Source: a virus. Taken from it: a stretch of 64,000 bases of DNA. Both the position numbers and the translations under genes were made by a program. Shown piece after piece: positions 1-9,717 of this stretch. Position 1 is the first letter of the stretch. Every line of letters starts with the position of its first letter. Under the pieces are notes generated by a model, which was given only the letters and a program-made list of their open reading frames with translations, was not told the DNA's origin and made no database searches. The stretch lies in the IMG/VR virus record IMGVR_UViG_3300006916_000044, positions 1-64,000 of that record. One strand, 5' to 3'.

Positions 1-2
1 AC

Positions 3-3000
3 AAACAACCATATCATGATAGAGATCCTAATACTACTTGGAATAGTGCAACAGATGGAGCAGGAAATCCAACACCATGTTGGAAAGCAGATCATGATGA
101 ATTTGTAATTCAAAGAAATTTATGGATGTCTGTTGATGCTTCAAGACAATCTAACTTTTTTATGTACCCTTCAGAACCTCAAAATGTAGGTAATGGTCAT
201 AGACCATTTCCATTACATTGTTTAGGAGCTATTACATCAGGTGATAAAACTCCACTTGATGGTACATTAAATACAGCACCTACTAGTTTAGTTGCAAATC
301 CACAACTTTTAACTCCTATAACAACATCAAATCCATATTTTGCATCAGGATATGGTGCATTAGATCAACATGGTTGGGGAACAAATGTTGCTATGCTTCC
401 ATTTACTGCTGCAACATTTCAAGCAGATTTAAATGAATTTGTTGATATACAAAGTTGTAATGATTCAGAATGTTTTTTATTTGTTGTAAAAGATCAACAT
501 GGAAATCCAGTAGAAGATCATCCTATTAAAATAAATACAGAAACAATTGGATATACTGATGAATACGGTTTATTAAGATGGTGTGTAAGAGATGCATCTA
601 TAAACACTCAACATATATTAGATTTATGTACATGTCTTACAACTACAGGTGGATGTAGTTCACAAAAAATAAATATGACAATTACTGATAGCCGATTTAC
701 AAATTGTGCTACAGTAAAACCATTTACTGCATGTACTGAACCAGAAGAAACACAATCTTCAGGTAATGATAAACAAGGTTGTACAGATCCTGCTGCAGAT
801 AATTATGATCCAAGTGCTACTGTTGATGATGGTTCTTGTACTTTTTGTAGTAACTTTAATGTTACAGGAACAGTTGTAGATGCTACTGAAAGTGGTGGCT
901 CATGTGCTAATGACGGTTCAATAACATTAGGTGTTGTTGGTGGAGTTGCTCCATATACTTATGCGTGGTTTGGACCAGGAGGTCCACATACTGGAGACAC
1001 TTTAACAGGTTTATGTGGTGGAGTTTATACTGTTTTAGTAACTGATTCATCTACACCACAACCATGTCAAGCACCTGCACAATTTACAGTAAATCAACCA
1101 CCTTCAATTATTTATGGTTGTACAAATACAGAAGCATGTAATTATGATGCTACAGCAACTAATGATGATGGTTCTTGTTTATTTAGCGGATGTACAAATA
1201 CATCTGCAGTTAATTATGATCCTGCTGCAACAGCAGATTGTAATTGTAATCCACCATCATCTCCTTTATACCAGAATGTTGTAAACTGGGATAGTTGTTG
1301 TACAGCATGTGTAGATGGATGTATGGATCCAAATGCTAACAACTATGATGCAGCAGCAACTTGTGATGATGGTAGTTGTACATATAATTATTCATGTATA
1401 CAAGTAGGTTCAAGTACAGGTTCTACTATTAATCCTTGTGAACAATCTGGACTCACGTATATGGGAACAATATCAATGGGTTGGATGAGTTTTTATACAT
1501 TTGATTGGCAAGCTCCTAATACTTCATATACAAATTTACCAATTAATAGTGTTTATTTTGCTAGTTCAATAGGTTCACCATTACCTGATCAATGTACAGA
1601 TGATGACGGTAATCCTATATGGAGAGCTACTTCTATAACTTTTAAATGGGGAAGTATTGATGGTACATCATGCGCATCTACACCTTGGCCACAAAGTTGG
1701 ACAAATGTTGGTTTAGTTCCTGATGTTGTAGGAGGTGATTCAAAAATATTTAATACACAATCATGGGATGATATAATTTATTTATTAAATCTTACAATAA
1801 CACAAGAAAATCAACAATATATAAATCCAAATACAGGTAATCCAATACAAACTTTTACAGGATTTGATTACAATAGTGTGTATCAGATTATGTTAGCTTC
1901 ACAAGGAACTGCTGCTCCAGGTAATTCTCAACCTTCAGCTAATTTACTTATTCCTGAATGTCCTAACTATATATTTCAACCTCAAGCTGGTAAAGCGGCT
2001 TGTGTATGTACTTCAAATGTTACTCCAACTTGTGAATGTCAACAAATGACAGATGGTTCAGGAACTTATGCTACAATAGATCAATGTCAACAAGATCCAA
2101 ATAGTTGTTGTTATACTGAATCTACTGTAAATTATGTTTGTGTTCCTGGTGGAATAACTAATAGTTGTTCAAATAAACAACTTATACCAACTAGTGCCCC
2201 TGTTTCTACTCAAACAAATCTAGGAGATAATTTAGCTCAAGAATGGACATCTGATCCTGTTAATTGGCCAATTGTTCCTGTACATAACTATAAATTTTAT
2301 GTAGATCAAGGAGGAGGAAATTGTCAAGCATTAACTGGTAATTCTGAATGGTTTATTAAAGAAATAAAATTAACACGTGTTGATACAGGAACTTTTGTAA
2401 GTATTGGAGATGTTCCAGTAGCAAACTCTTGGGCTATTTTACAAGGAGCATTAGCAGGTGCTGGTTATGATGGTACTACATATCCTGATTTATCAAATGC
2501 AGATTATATGACAGTTAAAACCACATTAGCTACATCAGAACCAGGTCAATGGACACTTGAAGTATTTGAGCAAATGTGTAATTGTACATCAGATGGTGGT
2601 TGTGATTGTATAGCAGATCCAAATGGAGATTATACTGATTATCAAACTTGTTTGACTACATGTTGTCAATCAACAACTAACCAATATGGGTGTACAGACA
2701 CAACTGCATATAATTATTATCCTCAAGCAAATATGGATGATGGATCATGTTTATATTGTGATGATATAGTTACTCCAATTGATAATGTTACAACTACAAC
2801 CGTTGATCCATCAAGTGGTGTAAATGATGGTATAATAGTTATTAATCTTTCTACTACAGTTCCAAATGGTATGGTTGTAAGAGTTGATCTTTATGATTCA
2901 TCTTATACATTAGTAGGTACTCAAGATATACCAACAGGTTCATCTGGTACTAATCCAGGTTTTGAAAATTTAGGTCAAGATAATTACACAGCAGTTGCAT

Positions 3001-4529
3001 GTTTAAGACATAATACAAGTTATACTAATGCAGATATTTGTTGTTCTCCTGCAATAAATATTACATTAGGAAATCCTAATCCAAATACAACATATGAATG
3101 TATACCAGGAAGTATAACACAAACTCTTTTTCCAGGTTCAAATACTACACTCTCATTAACTGATCCTGGACAACCTAAATATTACTTAAATAATGTTGCA
3201 ACATGGAATGCAAGTAACACACCTAATGGTTATTATACTGGTGTTGATATAAATGCAGCAAATGTTGCTTTTCTTGATGATTGGTCACAAGGAATTCTTA
3301 ATTATGCTGATACAGGTTCTATCTTAGGATCTAATGCTACAGCAAATACATCATTATCTGTTTCAACACCTTGGTTTTTTAATGGTGCACCTTTAGCTGA
3401 ACAAGCTGCTGGTTCAGGTGCATGTTTAACACAAATGCCAGATGGAACTAATGCTGCTATATTTTATTTAAATTACATTCAAATTAAAGATTCAAGTAAT
3501 AATGTTATAGCTGAAATGAATCAAACTAATAGTGTTGGCTATACAGATTTTACTGTATTGATTGGAGCTGCCCTTAATGATCCTAATTTAGTTAATGCTT
3601 CATGGTCTACTATAGCAGCAGCTTTTAGTAGAGGTTCTGCTTATACATATAGCACTAATTTTCAAGCATTTGGTTGTTCTTATGATTGTAGATGTGAAGA
3701 AAGTCCAACAGGAACATTTAATACTATAGAAGAATGTCAAAATTCTGGATGTTGTAATACTGGATGTACAGATTCACAAGCTGATAATTATAATCCTGGT
3801 GCTGGAATTGATATTGGAAATTGTATATATTGTACAAATTTTGAAGCTGTACTTTTAAATTTTCAAGGCCCTCCTGTACCAAATGGAAATAGTGGTAATT
3901 GGAATGGAGCAACAAATTTAAATATTCCTGGATATGTAGTAATAGCTACAGGTTCTGGTGGTAATCCTCAATCTTATGACACAACTTATTATTATGATGG
4001 TTATAATATGAATCAAGCAGTAGATGGTTTTAATTTATTTCCTGGTAGATATACAGTATGTGTTGAAGATGTATCTACAGGATGTAGAGATTGTATAAGT
4101 AATGTAAACGTTGGAGTTATACCTTTAGCTTGTCGTTCAGGAGCTTCTAATTGGTGGCCAATGACTACTTGGAGAAGTGATAATCTGATAAATTTCATTA
4201 ATGCTGGTAATCCAGATTTTGATAATGCAACTAATTTATATTCATATAGTAATAATATTAATATTCAATGGGGTATAAATGCTACTAATACAGGAGCAGA
4301 AGGAACTACGTTTTGGATTCTTAATTTAAATTCTTCAGTAACTTATACAATTAACGTTTATAATAATGCCACTGGGGCATTACATCAAACTGCATCTGGT
4401 GTAACTGGAGCTGGAGTTGGTATTGCAAATGCTGTACCAGGAACAACATATGATATTGAAATTATAAGAGAAAATGAAACGTGTAGTATAATTGGAATGC
4501 CTTATACATTTAGTCCTCCAGGATTTTGA
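3..4529 (+). CDS. Large Cys-rich repeat protein, putative virion adhesin/fibre (5'-truncated by the window edge)
   Basis: The frame is open from position 3 (KQPYHDRDPN...NLWM) into the 126..4529 ORF. It has six GC(T/M)(D/N)xxAxNY repeats, most ending DDGSC, an SprB-like segment (DGSITLGVVGGVAPYTYAW...LTGLCGGVYTVLVTDS) and an Ig/FN3-like C-terminus. Confidence 0.6.
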   Translation, partial: KQPYHDRDPNTTWNSATDGAGNPTPCWKADHDEFVIQRNLWMSVDASRQSNFFMYPSEPQNVGNGHRPFPLHCLGAITSGDKTPLDGTLNTAPTSLVANPQLLTPITTSNPYFASGYGALDQHGWGTNVAMLPFTAATFQADLNEFVDIQSCNDSECFLFVVKDQHGNPVEDHPIKINTETIGYTDEYGLLRWCVRDASINTQHILDLCTCLTTTGGCSSQKINMTITDSRFTNCATVKPFTACTEPEETQSSGNDKQGCTDPAADNYDPSATVDDGSCTFCSNFNVTGTVVDATESGGSCANDGSITLGVVGGVAPYTYAWFGPGGPHTGDTLTGLCGGVYTVLVTDSSTPQPCQAPAQFTVNQPPSIIYGCTNTEACNYDATATNDDGSCLFSGCTNTSAVNYDPAATADCNCNPPSSPLYQNVVNWDSCCTACVDGCMDPNANNYDAAATCDDGSCTYNYSCIQVGSSTGSTINPCEQSGLTYMGTISMGWMSFYTFDWQAPNTSYTNLPINSVYFASSIGSPLPDQCTDDDGNPIWRATSITFKWGSIDGTSCASTPWPQSWTNVGLVPDVVGGDSKIFNTQSWDDIIYLLNLTITQENQQYINPNTGNPIQTFTGFDYNSVYQIMLASQGTAAPGNSQPSANLLIPECPNYIFQPQAGKAACVCTSNVTPTCECQQMTDGSGTYATIDQCQQDPNSCCYTESTVNYVCVPGGITNSCSNKQLIPTSAPVSTQTNLGDNLAQEWTSDPVNWPIVPVHNYKFYVDQGGGNCQALTGNSEWFIKEIKLTRVDTGTFVSIGDVPVANSWAILQGALAGAGYDGTTYPDLSNADYMTVKTTLATSEPGQWTLEVFEQMCNCTSDGGCDCIADPNGDYTDYQTCLTTCCQSTTNQYGCTDTTAYNYYPQANMDDGSCLYCDDIVTPIDNVTTTTVDPSSGVNDGIIVINLSTTVPNGMVVRVDLYDSSYTLVGTQDIPTGSSGTNPGFENLGQDNYTAVACLRHNTSYTNADICCSPAINITLGNPNPNTTYECIPGSITQTLFPGSNTTLSLTDPGQPKYYLNNVATWNASNTPNGYYTGVDINAANVAFLDDWSQGILNYADTGSILGSNATANTSLSVSTPWFFNGAPLAEQAAGSGACLTQMPDGTNAAIFYLNYIQIKDSSNNVIAEMNQTNSVGYTDFTVLIGAALNDPNLVNASWSTIAAAFSRGSAYTYSTNFQAFGCSYDCRCEESPTGTFNTIEECQNSGCCNTGCTDSQADNYNPGAGIDIGNCIYCTNFEAVLLNFQGPPVPNGNSGNWNGATNLNIPGYVVIATGSGGNPQSYDTTYYYDGYNMNQAVDGFNLFPGRYTVCVEDVSTGCRDCISNVNVGVIPLACRSGASNWWPMTTWRSDNLINFINAGNPDFDNATNLYSYSNNINIQWGINATNTGAEGTTFWILNLNSSVTYTINVYNNATGALHQTASGVTGAGVGIANAVPGTTYDIEIIRENETCSIIGMPYTFSPPGF
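777..3830 (+). repeat. Dispersed ~21-aa GCTDxxAxNYDxxAxxDDGSC coding repeats (6 copies, starting at 777, 1116, 1188, 1317, 2688, 3762)
   Basis: Read directly from the translation. Confidence 0.9.
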
Positions 4530-4546
4530 TAAAATTAAAATAATTT

Positions 4547-4562
4547 GTATATTATTAATGTA
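4547..4562 (+). promoter_or_regulatory. Conserved intergenic motif copy 1 (GTATATTATTAATGTA), candidate phage late promoter
   Basis: Matches GTAWATTAWWWAYGTA, which also occurs at 7596, 22738 and 56209. Lies 10 nt before ATG 4573. Confidence 0.6.
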
Positions 4563-4572
4563 GAATAAAGAT

Positions 4573-5700
4573 ATGATACCAACTAATTCAAATAATTTAA
4601 CCAATTGTGATCCTATATCATCTAATTGTGTAATTTGGCAAGGGCCAGATTTACCTTGTGTAGAAATATGTACAGGAGATACAATTAGCACTGTAATTGC
4701 TGCATTATGTACAGAACTTCAATTACTTCAAACATTAATTGAAACCGGAGGTGGTTCATCATTTAATATAGCAAATATTGATCAGTCACAATTATCTGGA
4801 GGTCCTGCTACTAATTTAGAAGAGTTAATCCAGTTGATGATAAGCAATATTGTTTTAAATCAAGGAGGATCATCTAGTGGAAGTGGTAGTGGAACAACAG
4901 ATTGTGATGCTGTATTTAAATGTGCATTTACAGTACCTAGTTGTTTTCAAGAAATTACAGGTTCTGGAGCATCTGTTAGTTTAGAAGATTGGATAAACTA
5001 TATTACAGAATTTATGTGTAGTTCATCTACAGGTAGTGCAACTACAAATAATAATGTAACTCAATTAACAACAAGAGTTTCTGCATTAGAATCTCAACCA
5101 ACAGGTGAACCTAATCCAAGGATGTATTCTAGCGGAGTTGCTGCTAAAGGTCAATTGCTTCCTATAGAAACTGATGTACAAGCTTTAGATTCACAATTTA
5201 TAGCTTTAAGAAATACTACTGGTACAACTTCTAATATGTCATCTGGTGTAAATAATGAACCATCAGATTTAATAACTCCAGTAAGTAATGCAGGATATAG
5301 AAAAACATTAAAAACAAGTCCAACTACTGTTGGTGATACAACTTATAATGCTTGGTTAGCTATTGATGACTTAAGAAAAGCAGTAAAAGATATTCAAGAT
5401 AATTGTTGTGCAAATACACAAATAACTAGAATGGGAGGTATAAACTCATTATATGCACCAGGATCTTCATGTGCAACTGCATTAACTGCTGCTGCTACAG
5501 CAAGTAATTGTACAGATATTTGGAATGTTTCAGGTGTACAATTTGATACTACATGTAAAGCATATAACGGCCCTTATAATCCTGGACCAGCAAGTGAACT
5601 TGTTGATGGTCAATGGTATGCATTATGTTCAGGTGGACCAATGGCTCAGTATAAACAAGTAGCTCCACATTGGAGAAACCAAAAATCATCATGCTCTTAA
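4573..5700 (+). CDS. Cys-rich putative structural protein with coiled-coil segment
   Basis: 375-aa ORF with N-terminal CDPISSNCVIWQGPDLPC motif and heptad segment VTQLTTRVSALE, located in the structural block. Confidence 0.5.
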   Translation: MIPTNSNNLTNCDPISSNCVIWQGPDLPCVEICTGDTISTVIAALCTELQLLQTLIETGGGSSFNIANIDQSQLSGGPATNLEELIQLMISNIVLNQGGSSSGSGSGTTDCDAVFKCAFTVPSCFQEITGSGASVSLEDWINYITEFMCSSSTGSATTNNNVTQLTTRVSALESQPTGEPNPRMYSSGVAAKGQLLPIETDVQALDSQFIALRNTTGTTSNMSSGVNNEPSDLITPVSNAGYRKTLKTSPTTVGDTTYNAWLAIDDLRKAVKDIQDNCCANTQITRMGGINSLYAPGSSCATALTAAATASNCTDIWNVSGVQFDTTCKAYNGPYNPGPASELVDGQWYALCSGGPMAQYKQVAPHWRNQKSSCS

Positions 5701-5711
5701 AAATTTAAAAA

Positions 5712-6254
5712 ATGGCTTGTAATAATTGTAATAATACTTCAACTGATTGTAATCATTTAGCATGTGGATGTGCAGACACATCACAAACAATGCCATGTAC
5801 ATATACTGATTGTAGAAAAGGAGGTGCTGAATCTTGTGATGAAATAATGTGTGCAGCATGTATATCATATTGTCATACTACATTTGAAGCATCATTTGGA
5901 AATGATATATTACAAATTGCAAAAGGTGAAAGATTAGATAGAATATTACAAAGATTAGTTATATTTATGACTAATTCAGCATGTGTTAGTACAGCACCAC
6001 AAGTAGTTTCATTAGGAACTATAACTGCAAATAGCATTGTTGTAGAATGGTCAGGTGTTCCTGCAGGATCTACTGTAGATGTAGAATTTAAAATACCAAC
6101 ATCAGGTGGATGGACAACAGCGGTTAGTGGTTTAACAGATTCTACAACATCACACGAAATAACAAATTTAACAGCTAATACAGCATATCAATTTAGAGTT
6201 GTAAACGGATCATGTTCATCAGTTGTATTAACTGGAAGTACATTACCTGTATAA
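5712..6254 (+). CDS. Cys-rich protein with C-terminal fibronectin type III domain
   Basis: ITANSIVVEW...HEITNLTANTAYQFRV is a typical FN3 pattern. Confidence 0.75.
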   Translation: MACNNCNNTSTDCNHLACGCADTSQTMPCTYTDCRKGGAESCDEIMCAACISYCHTTFEASFGNDILQIAKGERLDRILQRLVIFMTNSACVSTAPQVVSLGTITANSIVVEWSGVPAGSTVDVEFKIPTSGGWTTAVSGLTDSTTSHEITNLTANTAYQFRVVNGSCSSVVLTGSTLPV

Positions 6255-6307
6255 TAATAAAACAAGAAAGTGAGGGTTTTATATTGGTTTTCCTAAACTT
6301 AATTGTC

Positions 6308-6341
6308 AGAGACCTGGGGTTAACACCGGGTCTCTTTTTTT
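6308..6341 (+). terminator. Rho-independent terminator
   Basis: Stem AGAGACCTGG / CCGGGTCTCT (one G-U pair), 8-nt loop, followed by a T tract, downstream of the 6254 stop. Confidence 0.85.
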
Positions 6342-6362
6342 ATATACATACAGAAATTTTTA

Positions 6363-6370
6363 TATATTTG
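6363..6370 (+). promoter_or_regulatory. Bacteroidota housekeeping sigma -7 element (TAnnTTTG)
   Basis: TATATTTG(CA) lies just after the terminator and 20 nt before ATG 6391. No clear -33 TTTG seen. Confidence 0.6.
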
Positions 6371-6390
6371 CAAATAAAAATTATTAATTT

Positions 6391-7572
6391 ATGGAATCAT
6401 TTATAGACAAAATTAAAGGATCTTTTAAGTGGAAAAAAACATCAGACTACTGTGCTGATAAACTAGGAGTAACCGTAGAAGATTATGAATTATTAAAATC
6501 TTGGGTTAAATCTTCAGAGTTATTAGAAAATAGTAACTCATCATATGAATACAATCTAGAAAAAGGTGAAGCAAAAATGGAGACAATAAGCTCTTCTGAA
6601 CCTAAATCACCTGAAGAAATAATTAATATATTAAATATAGATACTACACAATGGAAATTATCTAGTTATTGGAATAAACAAATGGGTGATCATTGGAGAG
6701 TATCAGCAATGGTTACAAGATTAAAAGATAATGAAGTTGATAATGTAGCTGAATTATTAAAAGGATTTAAGCCTAAAAAATTTAAACCCGTAAAAAGAAT
6801 TAAAACTCCAGGTAAAGTAAAAACAGCTGGAGTTTTGTCATTACAGGATATACATTTTGGTAAAGAAGGAAATGAAACTATTGATCAATGTTTTGAAGAA
6901 ACAATTATTGATTTAGTTGAAAGAGCTACAAATTCTCATCATTTAGAAAAAATATATTATGTAGTAGGAGGAGATCTTATAAACATGGATACATGGAGTG
7001 GTAGTACTACTAGTGGTACACCATTAGATAATTGTATGACTGCTACAGAAGCTTATAAACAAGCTTTTGATGCAATACAATGGAGCATAAACTATATAAA
7101 ACAATTTTGTGATATTTTACAAGTAGTATATATACCAGGTAATCATGATAGACTTTCTTCTTTTCATTTAGCACATGGTCTATCTAAATGTTTTGATGAT
7201 CCAAATATTGAATGGGATGTAGTTTATCTTGAGAGAAAAGTGTTTGTATATGGAGATAACTTTTTTGCATTTGAACATGGTGATGTAAATACTAAAAATT
7301 CTTTAATGTTATACTCTATGGAATATCCAAGAGAATGGGGTAAAACATTATTTAGAACTTTATATACAGGACATTATCATCATAAGAAAAAAATAGAATA
7401 TATAACTGCACATGAAAATACAGGTTTTATGTTAAAAATATTACCTAGTTTATCACGTACAGATTATTACCATTATCATAATAAATTTGTTGGATCAAGA
7501 AGATCTGGGGTATTATCTATACATAGTCCAACAAAAGGAGAAATATGTGAATTAACATATTCTCCAGAATAA
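6391..7572 (+). CDS. Calcineurin-like metallophosphoesterase
   Basis: All five motifs present: DIHFG, GGDL, PGNHD, EHGD, GHYHH. Confidence 0.9.
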   Translation: MESFIDKIKGSFKWKKTSDYCADKLGVTVEDYELLKSWVKSSELLENSNSSYEYNLEKGEAKMETISSSEPKSPEEIINILNIDTTQWKLSSYWNKQMGDHWRVSAMVTRLKDNEVDNVAELLKGFKPKKFKPVKRIKTPGKVKTAGVLSLQDIHFGKEGNETIDQCFEETIIDLVERATNSHHLEKIYYVVGGDLINMDTWSGSTTSGTPLDNCMTATEAYKQAFDAIQWSINYIKQFCDILQVVYIPGNHDRLSSFHLAHGLSKCFDDPNIEWDVVYLERKVFVYGDNFFAFEHGDVNTKNSLMLYSMEYPREWGKTLFRTLYTGHYHHKKKIEYITAHENTGFMLKILPSLSRTDYYHYHNKFVGSRRSGVLSIHSPTKGEICELTYSPE

Positions 7573-7595
7573 CTTTTATTTATCCTCATTTTTTT

Positions 7596-7611
7596 GTAAA
7601 TTATATACGTA
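7596..7611 (+). promoter_or_regulatory. Conserved intergenic motif copy 2 (GTAAATTATATACGTA)
   Basis: Same 16-bp consensus, 6 nt before ATG 7618, at the head of the tail operon. Confidence 0.6.
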
Positions 7612-7617
7612 AGAGAT

Positions 7618-8139
7618 ATGATTAGTAACTTTAAAAATCCTGATTTAAACAAACCTAGGTACAGAGAAAAGGTTTTAAGTTTATTAAATAGTGAAACATT
7701 TGAAAAATTTAAAGAAAAGTATCCAATGTATTCATCTGTTAATAACAGTAAATTAAATAAAGTTATAAAATCATTTAACGGTAAAATTTGGAATGGTGTT
7801 ATCAATAATAGAAATGGTATAGAATTACCTGAATCATTAGGATACCTTTTTATAGGATCATGCCCTCCAACAAAAAAAATTAACATAGATTATGCATTAT
7901 CAAAGCAATATGGTAAAGTAATACAAAACAAAAATTGGGAAACAAATGGAAACATTGGAAAAATATTTTACACTAATTATTCTCCTAGGTATAAATTTAA
8001 GACTAGAGAGTTATGGCAGTTTAATGCTGTAAGACAGTTTAAAAGAACTGTTGCATCAGTATATCCTACACAGTGGCAAAAATATATTTCTGTTCCTAAT
8101 AAGTTTAGAGTTGCTGATATGTATAAAAAAGATAAATAA
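7618..8139 (+). CDS. Basic HU/IHF-like protein
   Basis: Basic 173-aa ORF. VIKSFNGKIWNGVI...IELPESLGYLFI resembles the HU helix-strand pattern. Its position before the tail genes matches crAss-like IHF homologues. Confidence 0.5.
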   Translation: MISNFKNPDLNKPRYREKVLSLLNSETFEKFKEKYPMYSSVNNSKLNKVIKSFNGKIWNGVINNRNGIELPESLGYLFIGSCPPTKKINIDYALSKQYGKVIQNKNWETNGNIGKIFYTNYSPRYKFKTRELWQFNAVRQFKRTVASVYPTQWQKYISVPNKFRVADMYKKDK

Positions 8140-8141
8140 TT

Positions 8142-8813
8142 ATGACAACAATAGGTGAAGCAATATCTAGAATACGTGGTCAAATAAAAGCTGGCAGTCA
8201 AGATGCTTTTACAACAGACAGATATATTTATAGCTTAATTAAAAAATATGCTCAGATGTTTATGCGTAGGCAAGATAATGCTAATAAACTAATGAAGTTT
8301 AATAGTGTTTGGCAAGAGCTTAAATATGTTAGTTTAATTGAAGTAGATAAAATAGAAGCAAATTGTGTAGGATTAAGCAGTGGATGTACTATTAAAAGAA
8401 CAGAAAAAAAATTACCTACATTTATGCAAGGGTATTGGGGACCATTAATTAGAACAGTTAGTTCAATAGATGGTTCTGTTGAAGTACAACCAACTCAACC
8501 TGGTACATACACTTCAATGTCTAAAACAAAAACATTTAAATATAATAAAACAAAATACTTTTGGTTTTTAGATGGGTATTTATATTTACCTAATGTATCA
8601 TGGGATGCAATAAAGTTAGAAGGAGTATTTGAAGAAGATATAGCAAAATGGACATGTGATACAGATGATGACTGTGTACCAAGATATTTGCAAAACCTAT
8701 ATATACCTGAATTTTTATTTACAGAAATAGAAAATCAAATATTAAATACTGCTATGAACACTATGAAAGTTCCAGCAGAAGATGGTAATAATAATAAAAA
8801 TATAAATAGGTAA
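8142..8813 (+). CDS. Putative tail ring/tubular protein
   Basis: Size and synteny (IHF-like, ring, ring, stabilisation protein) as in crAss-like tail modules. TAATG coupling to the next gene. Confidence 0.55.
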   Translation: MTTIGEAISRIRGQIKAGSQDAFTTDRYIYSLIKKYAQMFMRRQDNANKLMKFNSVWQELKYVSLIEVDKIEANCVGLSSGCTIKRTEKKLPTFMQGYWGPLIRTVSSIDGSVEVQPTQPGTYTSMSKTKTFKYNKTKYFWFLDGYLYLPNVSWDAIKLEGVFEEDIAKWTCDTDDDCVPRYLQNLYIPEFLFTEIENQILNTAMNTMKVPAEDGNNNKNINR

Positions 8814-9715
8814 TGAGTGTATCACATAAATATAGAACGTTTGATGAATTATTAGAATCAGTTAAAGTAGACTTTAATACATATAATTTAGAGGGAATGA
8901 TAGAACCTCAACAATTAATTAAAGTTGCTATTAGAGTTAACTATGATCTTGGTTTACGTATTAACAGAACAAATAGTGCTGTAATAGATATAGAAAATAA
9001 TAAAGGACAATTACCATCAGATTTTCAAACATTAAACTTTGCTGCTATTTGTGGTAAATATAGAATTAATACAACTACTCCATCGGGCACTACTACAGAA
9101 ACACAACCTACTACTTATACTCCTGAGCCTGGTTATACAACTCCTTGTGAGGATGGTAAAACATGTAAAGATGTTTGTGTAGTAAAACCATGTAAAGATG
9201 ATAGCTCAAAAGATTACATTGTTGTACAAAGAGTAGGTCCAAGCACGTATAGAGAATTTCATACTTTTATTCCATTAAGAATTGCTGATACATCTGGTGC
9301 GTATTGTACAACAGAATGTCCTAATCTTGGTGTAAGTGCTGTAGATTTTGCTGAATTAAAAGATGGTTTTATTTTAACCAATTTTAAATCAGGTAAAATA
9401 TTTTTAAATTATCAAGCTACATTAGAGGATGAAGGTGGTAACCTTTTAACTTTAGATCATCCTTATTGTAATGAATATTATGAGTATGCATTAAAATCAC
9501 GAATATTAGAAAATATGATATTTGCTGGTGAAAATGTAGTTAATCAATCTCAATTGATTGAACAAAGATTACGTGCTGCTAGAAATAATGCTTTAGGTTT
9601 TGTTAATACTCCAAACTTTGAAGAGTATAGAAAAATATGGGAAGTTAATAGAAAAGCACAGTACAACAAATATTATGATATGTTTTCAAGTTTTGCTACA
9701 AATAGAAGAAGTTAA
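8813..9715 (+). CDS. Putative tail tubular/ring protein (P22 gp4-like position)
   Basis: 300 aa, immediately upstream of the stabilisation protein. DGFILTNFKSGKIFLNY...DEGGNLL motif resembles crAss-like tail tubular proteins. Confidence 0.55.
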   Translation: MSVSHKYRTFDELLESVKVDFNTYNLEGMIEPQQLIKVAIRVNYDLGLRINRTNSAVIDIENNKGQLPSDFQTLNFAAICGKYRINTTTPSGTTTETQPTTYTPEPGYTTPCEDGKTCKDVCVVKPCKDDSSKDYIVVQRVGPSTYREFHTFIPLRIADTSGAYCTTECPNLGVSAVDFAELKDGFILTNFKSGKIFLNYQATLEDEGGNLLTLDHPYCNEYYEYALKSRILENMIFAGENVVNQSQLIEQRLRAARNNALGFVNTPNFEEYRKIWEVNRKAQYNKYYDMFSSFATNRRS

Positions 9716-9717
9716 AA

